From: Candidatus Poribacteria bacterium
GTDB taxonomy: Bacteria > Poribacteria > WGA-4E > PCPOR2b
DNA: 64,000 bases
Assembly: GCA_965218095.1 (NCBI GenBank)
Contig: OZ244587.1
Coordinates: forward strand, 3,104,001-3,168,000
Direction of reading: 5' to 3'
Part shown: positions 1 through 8,161 of the stretch, piece by piece
How the letters are laid out: every line of letters starts with the position of its first letter
Numbering within the stretch: the stretch's first letter is position 1
Made by a program: the position numbers and the translations under genes
Notes under the pieces: generated by a model
Database searches by the model: none
What the model saw: only the letters and a program-made list of their open reading frames with translations
Told to the model about the DNA's origin: nothing

Positions 1-144
1 CCCTTCCCCTTGTTTCATTTCCTGCAAGTGACTACACTTACGTGAGTTCGACGTAAGAATTCTGCGTAAGCGGGTGAACGAGAGAACGGGGGAACAAGGG
101 AGCGAAAAAGAGCACCTCCTCACACACTTGCTCCCTCACACACT

Positions 145-161
145 TTGGCAGACGTTTTGCA
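145..161 (+). promoter_or_regulatory. sigma54-type -24/-12 promoter upstream of ferritin
   Basis: TTGGCAGACGTTTTGCA: GG(147-148)-N10-GC(159-160), the canonical spacing; ~75 nt upstream of the ferritin ATG; palindrome CTTACGT-N7-ACGTAAG (37-57) is a possible activator site. Confidence 0.65.
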
Positions 162-234
162 CATAGCGTAACAGACTTCCTCCTGAGAGGAGTGAACAGG
201 TACTCAAATAATAAAAGAGAGGAACGAGACAACC

Positions 235-732
235 ATGTTAGACCCGGTCAACCAGGATGCGCTCAACAAACAGATTAACCATGAATTCTACTCCACCTAT
301 TTCTATCTTTCGATGTCAGCCTACTTTGAGACGCTTAATTTGCGGGGCTTTGCGCATTGGATGCGGATGCAGAGTCAGGAGGAGACATCGCACGCGATGA
401 AGCTGTTTGACTACATCCACGACAGGAACGGACATGTGGTGCTTGAAGCAATTACCCAGCCGCCTGTAGAATTCCAGTCTCCGATAGATGCGTTCCAGCA
501 GGCGTTGGCGCATGAGCGCAAAGTCACAGAGACCATCCATCGGCTCTACGGGTTGGCGGTGCAAGAGAAGGACTACGAAACCCAGGTGGAGCTACAGTGG
601 TTTATTGCAGAGCAAGTAGAAGAAGAAAAGCAAGCACGCCAGATATTGGATCAGTTGAAGCTGATTGGCGATCACGGGGCGGCTTTGTACCTGTTGGACA
701 AAGAGTTAGGTGAGCGTGCGATGGACAGTTAA
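235..732 (+). CDS. ftnA: non-heme ferritin
   Basis: LNKQINHEFYS.YFYLSMSAYF, EE..HAMK, ferroxidase QWFIAEQVEEE; RBS AGAGG. Confidence 0.95.
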   Translation: MLDPVNQDALNKQINHEFYSTYFYLSMSAYFETLNLRGFAHWMRMQSQEETSHAMKLFDYIHDRNGHVVLEAITQPPVEFQSPIDAFQQALAHERKVTETIHRLYGLAVQEKDYETQVELQWFIAEQVEEEKQARQILDQLKLIGDHGAALYLLDKELGERAMDS

Positions 733-859
733 ACAGTGGATATTGTGTCACTTGGCACGCATTTGCTCAATATACTGCGAATCGGTAGATTTTTACCGAG
801 TTTTGACAGCGTAGACATTTAATAAGCAACCACAAGTGAGTGTTTAAAATGCCACCAAA

Positions 860-1190
860 AAGAGAGTGACTTGTGCGAGCTTCCTTTGAATCTATCTCTG
901 GAAGTTCGGCAGCCGGGACGACCTCCTACCCTGGCTAAAGTCGTCCATCCAACAGAAAAGCTGACACAAGTCATAAACTGTGTTCAAGTAGATGTTTTGA
1001 AGATTTCACCGTTTGCGTAGTGGCGTAAGAGAAGAACCTGGGCATATATTTCACCGATTCCTCTTTTCCACCAACAGCGCAAGTGAAAAGTGATAAAGTG
1101 TCTGAAGTGAGCACACCTTTCCACCTTCAAAGACAGAAAAGCAAGGATTGCTTGCTTCGCTTCAGGCGTTTTATCTTCTCTTACCACTTA
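860..1190 (+). ncRNA. structured non-coding domains 5' of the OLE-like core (multibranch with pseudoknot; long helices)
   Basis: 867-875/965-973 perfect 9 bp; 877-884/900-907; 911-917/930-936 with 916-922/940-946 pseudoknot; 1092-1110/1157-1175 is 19 contiguous pairs whose only non-WC pairs are four G-U on the + strand; no credible ORF. Confidence 0.6.
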
Positions 1191-1204
1191 TCTCACAACC
1201 GAGA

Positions 1205-1720
1205 TTAATCTTTGGCCGACCAGAGAGGAGGCCATACAAATGAAGATTTTTAAGCCGCATGTCAGGGAGGGAAATGTCGAAGGTCACCCCTCCGGGAGGT
1301 CGGACCCGACGACAGATTACCACCCTCCCATACGAAAACGGTTGGAAGCAATTTCGGTGGAAATCGGATGGGGAGCCAGAAGCCCGCCCACCTGAATATG
1401 TCGGGCAAATATAGGTACATTGCTTACATAGCTTATGATGGATTGTCGTGGCGATTTCGTTGAGCACGGCACAAAGTGACTGCATTGCCGCTACGATCCA
1501 TCAGACTAATTTAGGCGGAGCACCTGCCGGCGATAGTGCTAAGGCAGACAATTTCACAGATTTGGGTAATGAGAGGTGAGAGGTTCGCCAAGAGGCTGTT
1601 TACCCATTGTAGACTGGAAAACCCCGATCCCACTTCGGGGTATCCCGAACTTGACTGACGATGATGAATATCTAGCATAGTTTCGGGTGATGGTGCCTAA
1701 GCCTCAAGGCGAATTGGGGA
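1205..1720 (+). ncRNA. OLE-like large structured ncRNA core
   Basis: Collinear motifs resembling the OLE consensus as recalled: TAAGCCGCATGTCAGGGAGGGAAATGTCGAAG..CCCTCCGGGAGGTCGGACCCGA, GCCAGAAGCCCGCCCA, CATTGCTTACATAG, GGCGATTTC..AAAGTGACTGCA, ACCTGCCGG, CCTAAGCCTCAA; GAGGC(1228-1232)/GCCTC(1701-1705) long-range pair; boundaries approximate. Confidence 0.75.
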
Positions 1721-1776
1721 CCCGAGGACAGGAGTCGTACGCGGGGCGATCTGACTGTCTAGCACGAAAAGGAGTG

Positions 1777-1811
1777 AAGCACCGATAACTGTCTGTTGGT
1801 GCTTTTTTTTT
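1777..1811 (+). terminator. Rho-independent terminator closing the ncRNA
   Basis: AAGCACCGA/TTGGTGCTT stem followed by a run of 9 T. Confidence 0.85.
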
Positions 1812-1843
1812 AAGAGGAAATATCAGAAAGAACAGGGCGAATT

Positions 1844-1996
1844 ATGGATACTTTAACACAAACTCCCGACCACGACGTGCTTCGCTGGATGGGAATTGGC
1901 GAAGTTTATGAAGCGAAGTCCGATCCGACGAGCACGGCTTTATCTGAGTCCTTGGATCGGCGCTCAATTTGGGACATGCCGGAGACACTGCAGTGA
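1844..1996 (+). CDS. possible 50-aa small protein (MDTLTQTPDHDVLRWMGIG...)
   Basis: ATG..TGA frame just after the terminator, purine-rich upstream; no recognisable domain. Confidence 0.3.
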   Translation: MDTLTQTPDHDVLRWMGIGEVYEAKSDPTSTALSESLDRRSIWDMPETLQ

Positions 1997-2067
1997 CGAA
2001 GTAGATGCGAATCTGTTCCACCGAGAGTGTGCTCATACTGAGTCCAACCTTATCCCCGCCACCCATC

Positions 2068-2101
2068 CGTGTTATTTGCCCGAACGTGTTATTTGCCCGA
2101 A
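2068..2101 (+). repeat. perfect 17-bp tandem duplication CGTGTTATTTGCCCGAA x2
   Basis: 2068-2084 identical to 2085-2101, 10 nt before the receiver-protein ATG. Confidence 0.9.
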
Positions 2102-2110
2102 ACGGTCTAT

Positions 2111-2509
2111 ATGGAAAATATGGAAAGAAAACATCTCCTTGTAGTTGATGATGAGCGAAACATGCTTCAGACCCTTAAGTTTATTCTGGAAACAGCAAAT
2201 TACAGAGTCACGACAGCCGTAGATGGTCAGGAGGCTTTGGAAGAGATATTGGCGGCACAGGAGAGTTACAGACCGATCAATCTTCTCATCACGGATATTC
2301 GGATGCCGGGTTTAACCGGGCTTCAATTGATTGACGAACTGAATTACCTGAACATCAAAATGCCTATCCTGGTGATCACCGCATATGGGGATAAGACATT
2401 GTTTATTAAACTCATGCGTGCAGGCTGCGCGGACTACCTTGACAAACCATTTGATTCCAGAGAGCTTGTTAGGCGCGTGGGCTTGCTTGTGGAGAGAGCA
2501 GAAACTTAG
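2111..2509 (+). CDS. single-domain response regulator (NtrC/CheY-like receiver)
   Basis: LVVDDE, LITDIRMPGLTG (phospho-Asp), VITAYG, YLDKPF. Confidence 0.9.
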   Translation: MENMERKHLLVVDDERNMLQTLKFILETANYRVTTAVDGQEALEEILAAQESYRPINLLITDIRMPGLTGLQLIDELNYLNIKMPILVITAYGDKTLFIKLMRAGCADYLDKPFDSRELVRRVGLLVERAET

Positions 2510-2675
2510 GCGCAAGACAGCGAGGTTTCCCATTAGCTGAACAATGAACAGAAGGAAAGCGGACTTTTAAGTCCAGATGGCGAGTGGTTCATCAATTTTC
2601 GACAGATCGCTCAAGATTTTGTGTTTGTACGATTAACCCCGTTTCAAAAATAAACCTTATGAAAGGAGAACCCTC

Positions 2676-3470
2676 ATGGCAGTCATCACTGTTTCCAGAG
2701 AATACGGGAGCCGTGGCGAACAAATCGCCCAACAGGTTGCCGAAGACTTAGGGTATAACTCTTTCGATAAAGAGATCCTCGCAGAGGTGGCGCGCGCCGC
2801 CAACACAACCGAAGAACAGATTAGACGGTATGACGAGAAGAATGAGAACGGGTTTCGTGGTTTCCTAAAGAAACTCTTTGTGCCAGAGTTCTCACGATAC
2901 CTTGATTTTCCGTATTATTACTACCCATCGGAATTTCTCATGGAATACTCTCCCGTTGGGAGGGAGCCAGCAATTGAGGATGAGCCGATTCCGACTGAGG
3001 AGGAAGCCCTCACGTTTTTGCGGCATGTCATTGAGAAGTTGTGGAAGCGTGATAATGTCGTCATCGTCGGACGTGGCAGCCAGATGATTCTTGCCGACAA
3101 GCCGAATACCCTTCACCTCCGTTTCATGGCACCTGTTGCGGATCGCATTGAACAAGTCATGAAGGATGAAGGGGTCGTGTATCCGAGGGCTTTGAAAGAA
3201 ATCGAAACTATCGACAAGCAACGCGCCCGCTATCTCAAACATTACTACGATGCCGATTGGGCGGATGCAACGCACTACGACCTGGTGCTAAATACCGGAA
3301 CAATGAGCCTTGAACAGGCGACAAAAGTCATCATCACCGCCATCGGCCATCAGGAAAATGAGCCCCAAGGCGGTAGACCGGTGGAAACATGGGGTGAGCC
3401 AGACCAAAGCTCATTTTCCACTCTTGTCTCCCACGCTCCCGCGAGCACACTCAGATTCAACGAGGGTTGA
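2676..3470 (+). CDS. cytidylate kinase-like family protein (Cytidylate_kin2)
   Basis: VITVSREYGSRG, VVIVGRG, D..RA.Y..HYY..DW.D..HYDLVLNT; RBS AAAGGAG. Confidence 0.9.
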   Translation: MAVITVSREYGSRGEQIAQQVAEDLGYNSFDKEILAEVARAANTTEEQIRRYDEKNENGFRGFLKKLFVPEFSRYLDFPYYYYPSEFLMEYSPVGREPAIEDEPIPTEEEALTFLRHVIEKLWKRDNVVIVGRGSQMILADKPNTLHLRFMAPVADRIEQVMKDEGVVYPRALKEIETIDKQRARYLKHYYDADWADATHYDLVLNTGTMSLEQATKVIITAIGHQENEPQGGRPVETWGEPDQSSFSTLVSHAPASTLRFNEG

Positions 3471-3519
3471 GGGAAAAATAGCAACCTTAATATGAGAAAG
3501 TGAATGAGGAGGAACGCTA

Positions 3520-3775
3520 ATGGACGCCAACGTTCGTCACAGAGGTGGCGTCATTATTTTGAAACTCAGCGGTGAGATTATTAAACAATGTTGGTGATCT
3601 CCGAAATGTAATTTATGAGCAACTTGCCAATGTCAAAGGGGCGCCCAAATTTCTGTTTGATTTCGCTGATGTCTCAATGATTGACAGTGCTGGGTTCGGA
3701 ACGCTAATCGGAACGCTAATGGGAATACACGTATTTATTATACCCAGTGGGCGTACCGTTTGGGGCATTGAGTAG
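3520..3775 (+). pseudogene. STAS-domain anti-sigma-factor antagonist, frameshifted and truncated
   Basis: RBS GAGGAGG + MDANVRHRGGVIILKLSGEII, then a frame change to ...FLFDFADVSMIDSAGFGTL (STAS DSxG motif); internal 12-bp tandem duplication (GTLI GTLM). Confidence 0.75.
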
Positions 3776-3927
3776 GTGAGTCTAAGGCAGGTGAATGTCA
3801 TTCCCTTGAAGGTTGCAGCCGGTGGCAACGGCAGTGATTTTCGATAGGTCACGCTAAATTCGCTCACACCCACAGGCTGCTGACCGGGCCGTAACATAAT
3901 GATTTAGAAGCCTCTAAGGAGGAAGCA

Positions 3928-4350
3928 ATGAATGCGCGTACGTTGTATTCAGCAATTGAGACCTTGAATCCCAATCGTCCCTGTTGCGTGGAGGTCGGCA
4001 CATCGGTTTCAGATGCGATCGACCGCATGCAGGAAGGACGATTCAGCTATATATTGGTTGTTGAGAAACAACAGCTCGTCGGTATCATTACGGAGCGTGA
4101 TCTGTCAGCGGTTATCGTGGGGCTGCGCATAAATCCAGCCGATGTGGTTGTGGATGATATTATGACCATATCACCGGAGACGCTTCGCCCGGAAGATCCG
4201 ATTGTATTTGCTCTAAATCTGATGCACTTAGGCCGATACCGCCATATCGCTTTGCTCGATGACGAAAATGGTTATCCCATAGGGATTGTCTCAAGTAAGG
4301 ATATTTTGAACCACATCGCTGCGTTTTTGGAGACAAGTCAGGAGGGATGA
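3928..4350 (+). CDS. CBS-pair domain protein
   Basis: LVGIITERDL, IMTISPETL, YRHIALLD..PIGIVSSKDI. Confidence 0.9.
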   Translation: MNARTLYSAIETLNPNRPCCVEVGTSVSDAIDRMQEGRFSYILVVEKQQLVGIITERDLSAVIVGLRINPADVVVDDIMTISPETLRPEDPIVFALNLMHLGRYRHIALLDDENGYPIGIVSSKDILNHIAAFLETSQEG

Positions 4351-4353
4351 AGC

Positions 4354-4893
4354 ATGCTTTATGAACAGGTTATTGATGAAGAAATTACCATCATGGAGGA
4401 AATGCCTGATGAGCTGTCAAAAACCCTGAGCCCACAAGAAATCCGTGTGCCGCTCCGTTCTCTGATGCGGCCGGCGATAACGGTTGAAATGAACACAAGT
4501 ACACTCAATGCAGCCGATCTGATGATCGCCAATGCTGTCGGTTATGTCCTGATTGTATCCGAAGGCGTTCTCACAGGAATTTTCGGAGAACGAGATATTT
4601 TGCTAAAAATCCTCAACAAGCCGGTTGGAGATCTCGCACAAATTCCTGTCGAATACTTTATGAAAACCGATCCGCAAACCTTAGATGCTGAGGATTATCT
4701 CGACACGGCAATATTGTTCATGGCGAAAGGCGGCTACCGACACCTCCCCATTGTAAATACACAAAATCGGCCAGTTGGAATGGTGTCGATTCGCCATATT
4801 ATCTCTTATCTGGTTGAACATTTCCCTCAAGACGTGTTAACGCTGCCGCCGAAACCCATTCGTGAGGTAATGCAAGCCCGCGAAGGTGCTTAA
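4354..4893 (+). CDS. CBS-pair domain protein
   Basis: LTGIFGERDIL, FMKTDPQTL, GGYRHLPIV..PVGMVSIRHI. Confidence 0.9.
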   Translation: MLYEQVIDEEITIMEEMPDELSKTLSPQEIRVPLRSLMRPAITVEMNTSTLNAADLMIANAVGYVLIVSEGVLTGIFGERDILLKILNKPVGDLAQIPVEYFMKTDPQTLDAEDYLDTAILFMAKGGYRHLPIVNTQNRPVGMVSIRHIISYLVEHFPQDVLTLPPKPIREVMQAREGA

Positions 4894-4917
4894 ACCGTAA
4901 ATCTTAGAAAGGGTGAA

Positions 4918-5475
4918 TTGACTGTGATTTTAGCAGAAACCTTTGATTTATGTCAAGACATTGAACTGAGACACGCAAAGCTATATGCGACGCTATCTCT
5001 CCAATTGGGAAATGTCGATGAACGAGTTGCCCGATTTTGGCGGCAGACGAGCGCGGAGGAGTGGCAGCACCATCTCCTGGTTGGTTTTGGACGCTCGTTC
5101 TGTGCTAAGACTTTCGGGCTAGAGACACCTACCCCAGAATTGCCCAACGTATCTATCGAACAGATTAACGATACATTGAATGAATATGAAGAGCGTGTGA
5201 GTACAAAGCAGATCACACTCAATGAGGCATTTGAGATTGCCATTGCGATCGAAGGCGGTGAGTCAGACACAATTTATATGGAGTTGCTTTCGACCATCAG
5301 AGAGGCGATTTATCAGAGCGATCAAACCTATTTGTTGAGCCGTATCTCCCGGATTGAGAAGGATATGCAGGCTCACGTGGGTCACCTGATTGATGCCGCG
5401 AGAAGGTTTTCTCATAATCCGGATCTGGTCCGAAAAGCGCATCGCTTGACAGATCAGCATCACCACGGATTCTAG
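4918..5475 (+). CDS. ferritin-like/rubrerythrin-like four-helix-bundle protein
   Basis: IE...AKLY, FWRQTSAEEWQHH (ExxH), AFEIAIAIE, C-terminal His; TTG start after GGGTG. Confidence 0.65.
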   Translation: MTVILAETFDLCQDIELRHAKLYATLSLQLGNVDERVARFWRQTSAEEWQHHLLVGFGRSFCAKTFGLETPTPELPNVSIEQINDTLNEYEERVSTKQITLNEAFEIAIAIEGGESDTIYMELLSTIREAIYQSDQTYLLSRISRIEKDMQAHVGHLIDAARRFSHNPDLVRKAHRLTDQHHHGF

Positions 5476-5493
5476 GCTGTGTTGACGAACAGA

Positions 5494-6234
5494 TCAAGGG
5501 CTGTTATTTTTCATGGGCGCCGCATCGTCTTGTGTTCTCACCTGCGGCTGATGATGATACAAACTTCCCAAAATCAAATCCCAGATCGGCAGCGTGAGGT
5601 TGAAATTATAATCATTCATCCGCGCCTGGTTATGATGCGTCTGATGATTTCGCTTCAGGGCGCCAAGCAGCGGGATACAGTCAATTTTGCACCGCTCCGG
5701 TGCGTGATACGCGAGGTGCAGCCATTCATAAAGAAGGAAAAAACCAACCAATGTGATGACCGTCAGTCCGGCGACATTCCGATTAACCAGGTGCCAGAGG
5801 AGAAAAAATACGGGGGCGATCAGGGCGAGCAGCGTAAAGTTATCGCGGAAGAAAAAAAGCACCTTGTAAGCCTCTTTACTCGTATCTATGCTCATGGTTT
5901 CATGCGTGAAGTATTCATGATGGGATGAGGTGTGAACCTTAAAGAGCAATTGAATGAAGCGCGACGCATTGTGCATTGGTCCCCGGTGGCAGATGTACTC
6001 GACAAAATTCGCAAGGAAAAACACGGCGATCATGGTGAACCACTCCAGCGGTTGAACATCCTTCACAACGAATGTCGCCGAACAACAAATGACGGAAATT
6101 CCGATCAGGTTGGTAAGCCCGAAAAATAGGTAGAAGTTGTAGTGCAAAGGAATAGGGTAGGGGATAGCGCCAAATTGAAGTCGTTCGCGTCTGTCGAGTC
6201 GCTTATCGTCGGTACCGAGTTTTGTTTCCATCAT
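5494..6234 (-). CDS. sterol desaturase / fatty-acid hydroxylase family membrane di-iron enzyme
   Basis: His boxes EYICHRGPMH, HTSSHH, YEWLHLAYH, HQTHH, then NFN.T.PIWD.ILGS; RBS AAAGGAGG before ATG 6234. Confidence 0.85.
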   Translation of the reverse strand: MMETKLGTDDKRLDRRERLQFGAIPYPIPLHYNFYLFFGLTNLIGISVICCSATFVVKDVQPLEWFTMIAVFFLANFVEYICHRGPMHNASRFIQLLFKVHTSSHHEYFTHETMSIDTSKEAYKVLFFFRDNFTLLALIAPVFFLLWHLVNRNVAGLTVITLVGFFLLYEWLHLAYHAPERCKIDCIPLLGALKRNHQTHHNQARMNDYNFNLTLPIWDLILGSLYHHQPQVRTQDDAAPMKNNSP

Positions 6235-6248
6235 CCTTCCTCCTTTCG

Positions 6249-6620
6249 GCATTTCCGGGCGTAAGTGAAACGGCTCGAACACTCTGGGAGCAAGGTAATT
6301 CGATTTACACCGCTTCTGGCGGGGTCTCATGGGACTTAAAGGGCTATCTGACAAGCATGGGGATTGCGGATTGTTTTCAACAATATTACGGTCCAGATCT
6401 CATCAATACCGCCAAGGAAGGCGCAGCCTACTATGAGCGAATTTTTGCGGATGTGAATATCGAGCCGGAAAACGCAATTGTGGTTGATGATTCGCTCCTT
6501 GCACTTGGGTGGGCATCAGAAGCCGGCGCGCAGACCATCCATTGTTCATCCAAGAAAGCCCATCCAAGTTTCCCGCACCACATCAATCGCCTGGCCGAAT
6601 TGCCGGGAGTCATCGATTAA
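6249..6620 (+). pseudogene. HAD-family hydrolase, C-terminal remnant
   Basis: AFPGV..T...L..QG..IYTASG (motif II), VVDDS (motif IV), HINRLAELP; N-terminal DxD motif and start missing. Confidence 0.65.
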
Positions 6621-6621
6621 C

Positions 6622-7027
6622 TCAATTAAAAGTCCATTCCGTGTGCGATTTTGCATTGACGGAGACAGGTGAGACTCTCACAAAGACTTTCAGCCCCGCG
6701 CCCGATGGCGAGACAAAGACGAGCACGACGAAGGGGAGCGCGGTGATCATGGCTCTTATCGCGTGTAGCTGTTCGGGATGCAGCCCATTGATGTCGATTA
6801 CGGCGAAGCCACTGTGATCTTTGAGTTCCTCCGCGTTCCGCTTCCGAAATGTGCCTGTGGGTGTAATCGCGGGGAGATAGCTGGCTTTGTACTTGCGGTA
6901 GTTGTCTTTCTGACCGCTGGCTGCCAGTTCGCATCTGTTCCACGATTGCGGTAATCGTCTGGATTGTGCCGTTGGTGTCTCTGGTGTTGCGGTAACTCGA
7001 AACCTGTGTATCGTTCTTTTGTTGCAT
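6622..7027 (-). pseudogene. BT4734/VirE N-terminal (primase-polymerase-like) domain remnant, frameshifted
   Basis: K..LPAITPTGTFRKR, HSGFAVIDI, FVSPSGAGLKVFV; N-terminus in a different frame. Confidence 0.7.
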
Positions 7028-7148
7028 GGTATACTCCTTAATTGTTGGAGTGATAAAAAAAAAGGCAAACCTCCCCTATTATGTCATGATAAAAGCCTTC
7101 CGGGTGATAGGTTCGATTTGCCTTCTGTACTGAAATGGAGATTCCATC

Positions 7149-7910
7149 ATGAGAAACCTGCTTGATTTTTTACGCTCACCGATATTGATTGGTTCGTTTG
7201 TGTTAGTTCTTCTTCTCCTTGTTGGCTCTTACTTTTTGAGTGATTGGTACTACGGGGATACTGAGATAAAGCCAATACCCACAGTCCCACCAGAGCCGCG
7301 AGCCGTAGAACATCATCCGACGGTCTCCGATGACAGTCTCGACGCTCAACTTGACTCTTTACTCCCACCCCGACAGATCGGGGTCGGCGATTCTGAACTG
7401 ACTGAAACGGAATCGAAAGAAGAACCGGTGGAGTTGACACCGGAAGATGAGGCGTTTATTGATGAATACAGCCAAGCAATGAAAGAGGACGCGCCGCGTG
7501 AATCCCCACATGGACTTGGGCCTTATCCTGAATTGCCATCAGATTGGCCTGATCAAAACAACTGGGATGACCTTGAAAAAAGTTATCGTGAGGGGCATTC
7601 GGATATAGGTCATGAGCTAATCGCCCGAGTTCTTATCAAACTTTGGAAGCAAGGTAAAAAAACGGATAGTGGTGTTATATCGGAGGACGGCTTGGTTTAT
7701 CCGCTGTATACAGACACTATTTACGTTAGATGGTCAGAAGATGTCTTAGATGATGGCACGATTGACCGCTATGTTAGTGGAGTATTGTGCCACGGTAGCC
7801 TCGCACATTATGATGAGACCCTTTCTGAGGGTATTATCCCAAGTGGAGTCAAAATTGTTCCACGAGATGGCGCAGGGATTGATCCGTACAGTTTTCTTGA
7901 TCTTCAATAA
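7149..7910 (+). CDS. hypothetical membrane-anchored protein (lineage-specific)
   Basis: RBS GGAG, N-terminal hydrophobic helix, acidic linker, C-terminal domain SPHGLGPYPELP...GIDPYSFLDL. Confidence 0.7.
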   Translation: MRNLLDFLRSPILIGSFVLVLLLLVGSYFLSDWYYGDTEIKPIPTVPPEPRAVEHHPTVSDDSLDAQLDSLLPPRQIGVGDSELTETESKEEPVELTPEDEAFIDEYSQAMKEDAPRESPHGLGPYPELPSDWPDQNNWDDLEKSYREGHSDIGHELIARVLIKLWKQGKKTDSGVISEDGLVYPLYTDTIYVRWSEDVLDDGTIDRYVSGVLCHGSLAHYDETLSEGIIPSGVKIVPRDGAGIDPYSFLDLQ

Positions 7911-8161
7911 AAAAGCGACAATGAGCAGGTGTGAAAGGTGGGAAAGTGAGCAAAAGCCAGAGAATCCGTTTCTTTGTCTTTTTCACACCTGTTCCCCCTC
8001 TCACTTTCTCATTGTCTCTCTTAGAGCCACCCCCTGAGATTGTCCCGTTGTGGCTCCGGCGCCGTTCATTTGGACGGCGAAAGCAATCTCTTAACAAGAA
8101 GGAGGATACAACATGTACGCGAGAAGTTCGACACTCGCTACCCTTTTCATCTTGCCTTCTT

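Noticed and set aside
752-767. sigma54-like TTGGCACGCATTTGCT upstream of the large RNA
   Set aside because: GG-to-GC spacing is 9 nt rather than the required 10, so it is not called as a promoter despite the close sequence match.
984-1485. Minus-strand ORFs 984-1187 and 1171-1485
   Set aside because: No domain similarity or RBS; they lie antisense to the structured RNA, whose G-U pattern favours the + strand.
860-1811. Group I/II intron, RNase P RNA or tmRNA identity for the large RNA
   Set aside because: I saw no GUGCG 5' end or domain V, no RNase P GAGGAAAGUCC, no tRNA-like ends with a tag ORF, and no interrupted host gene.
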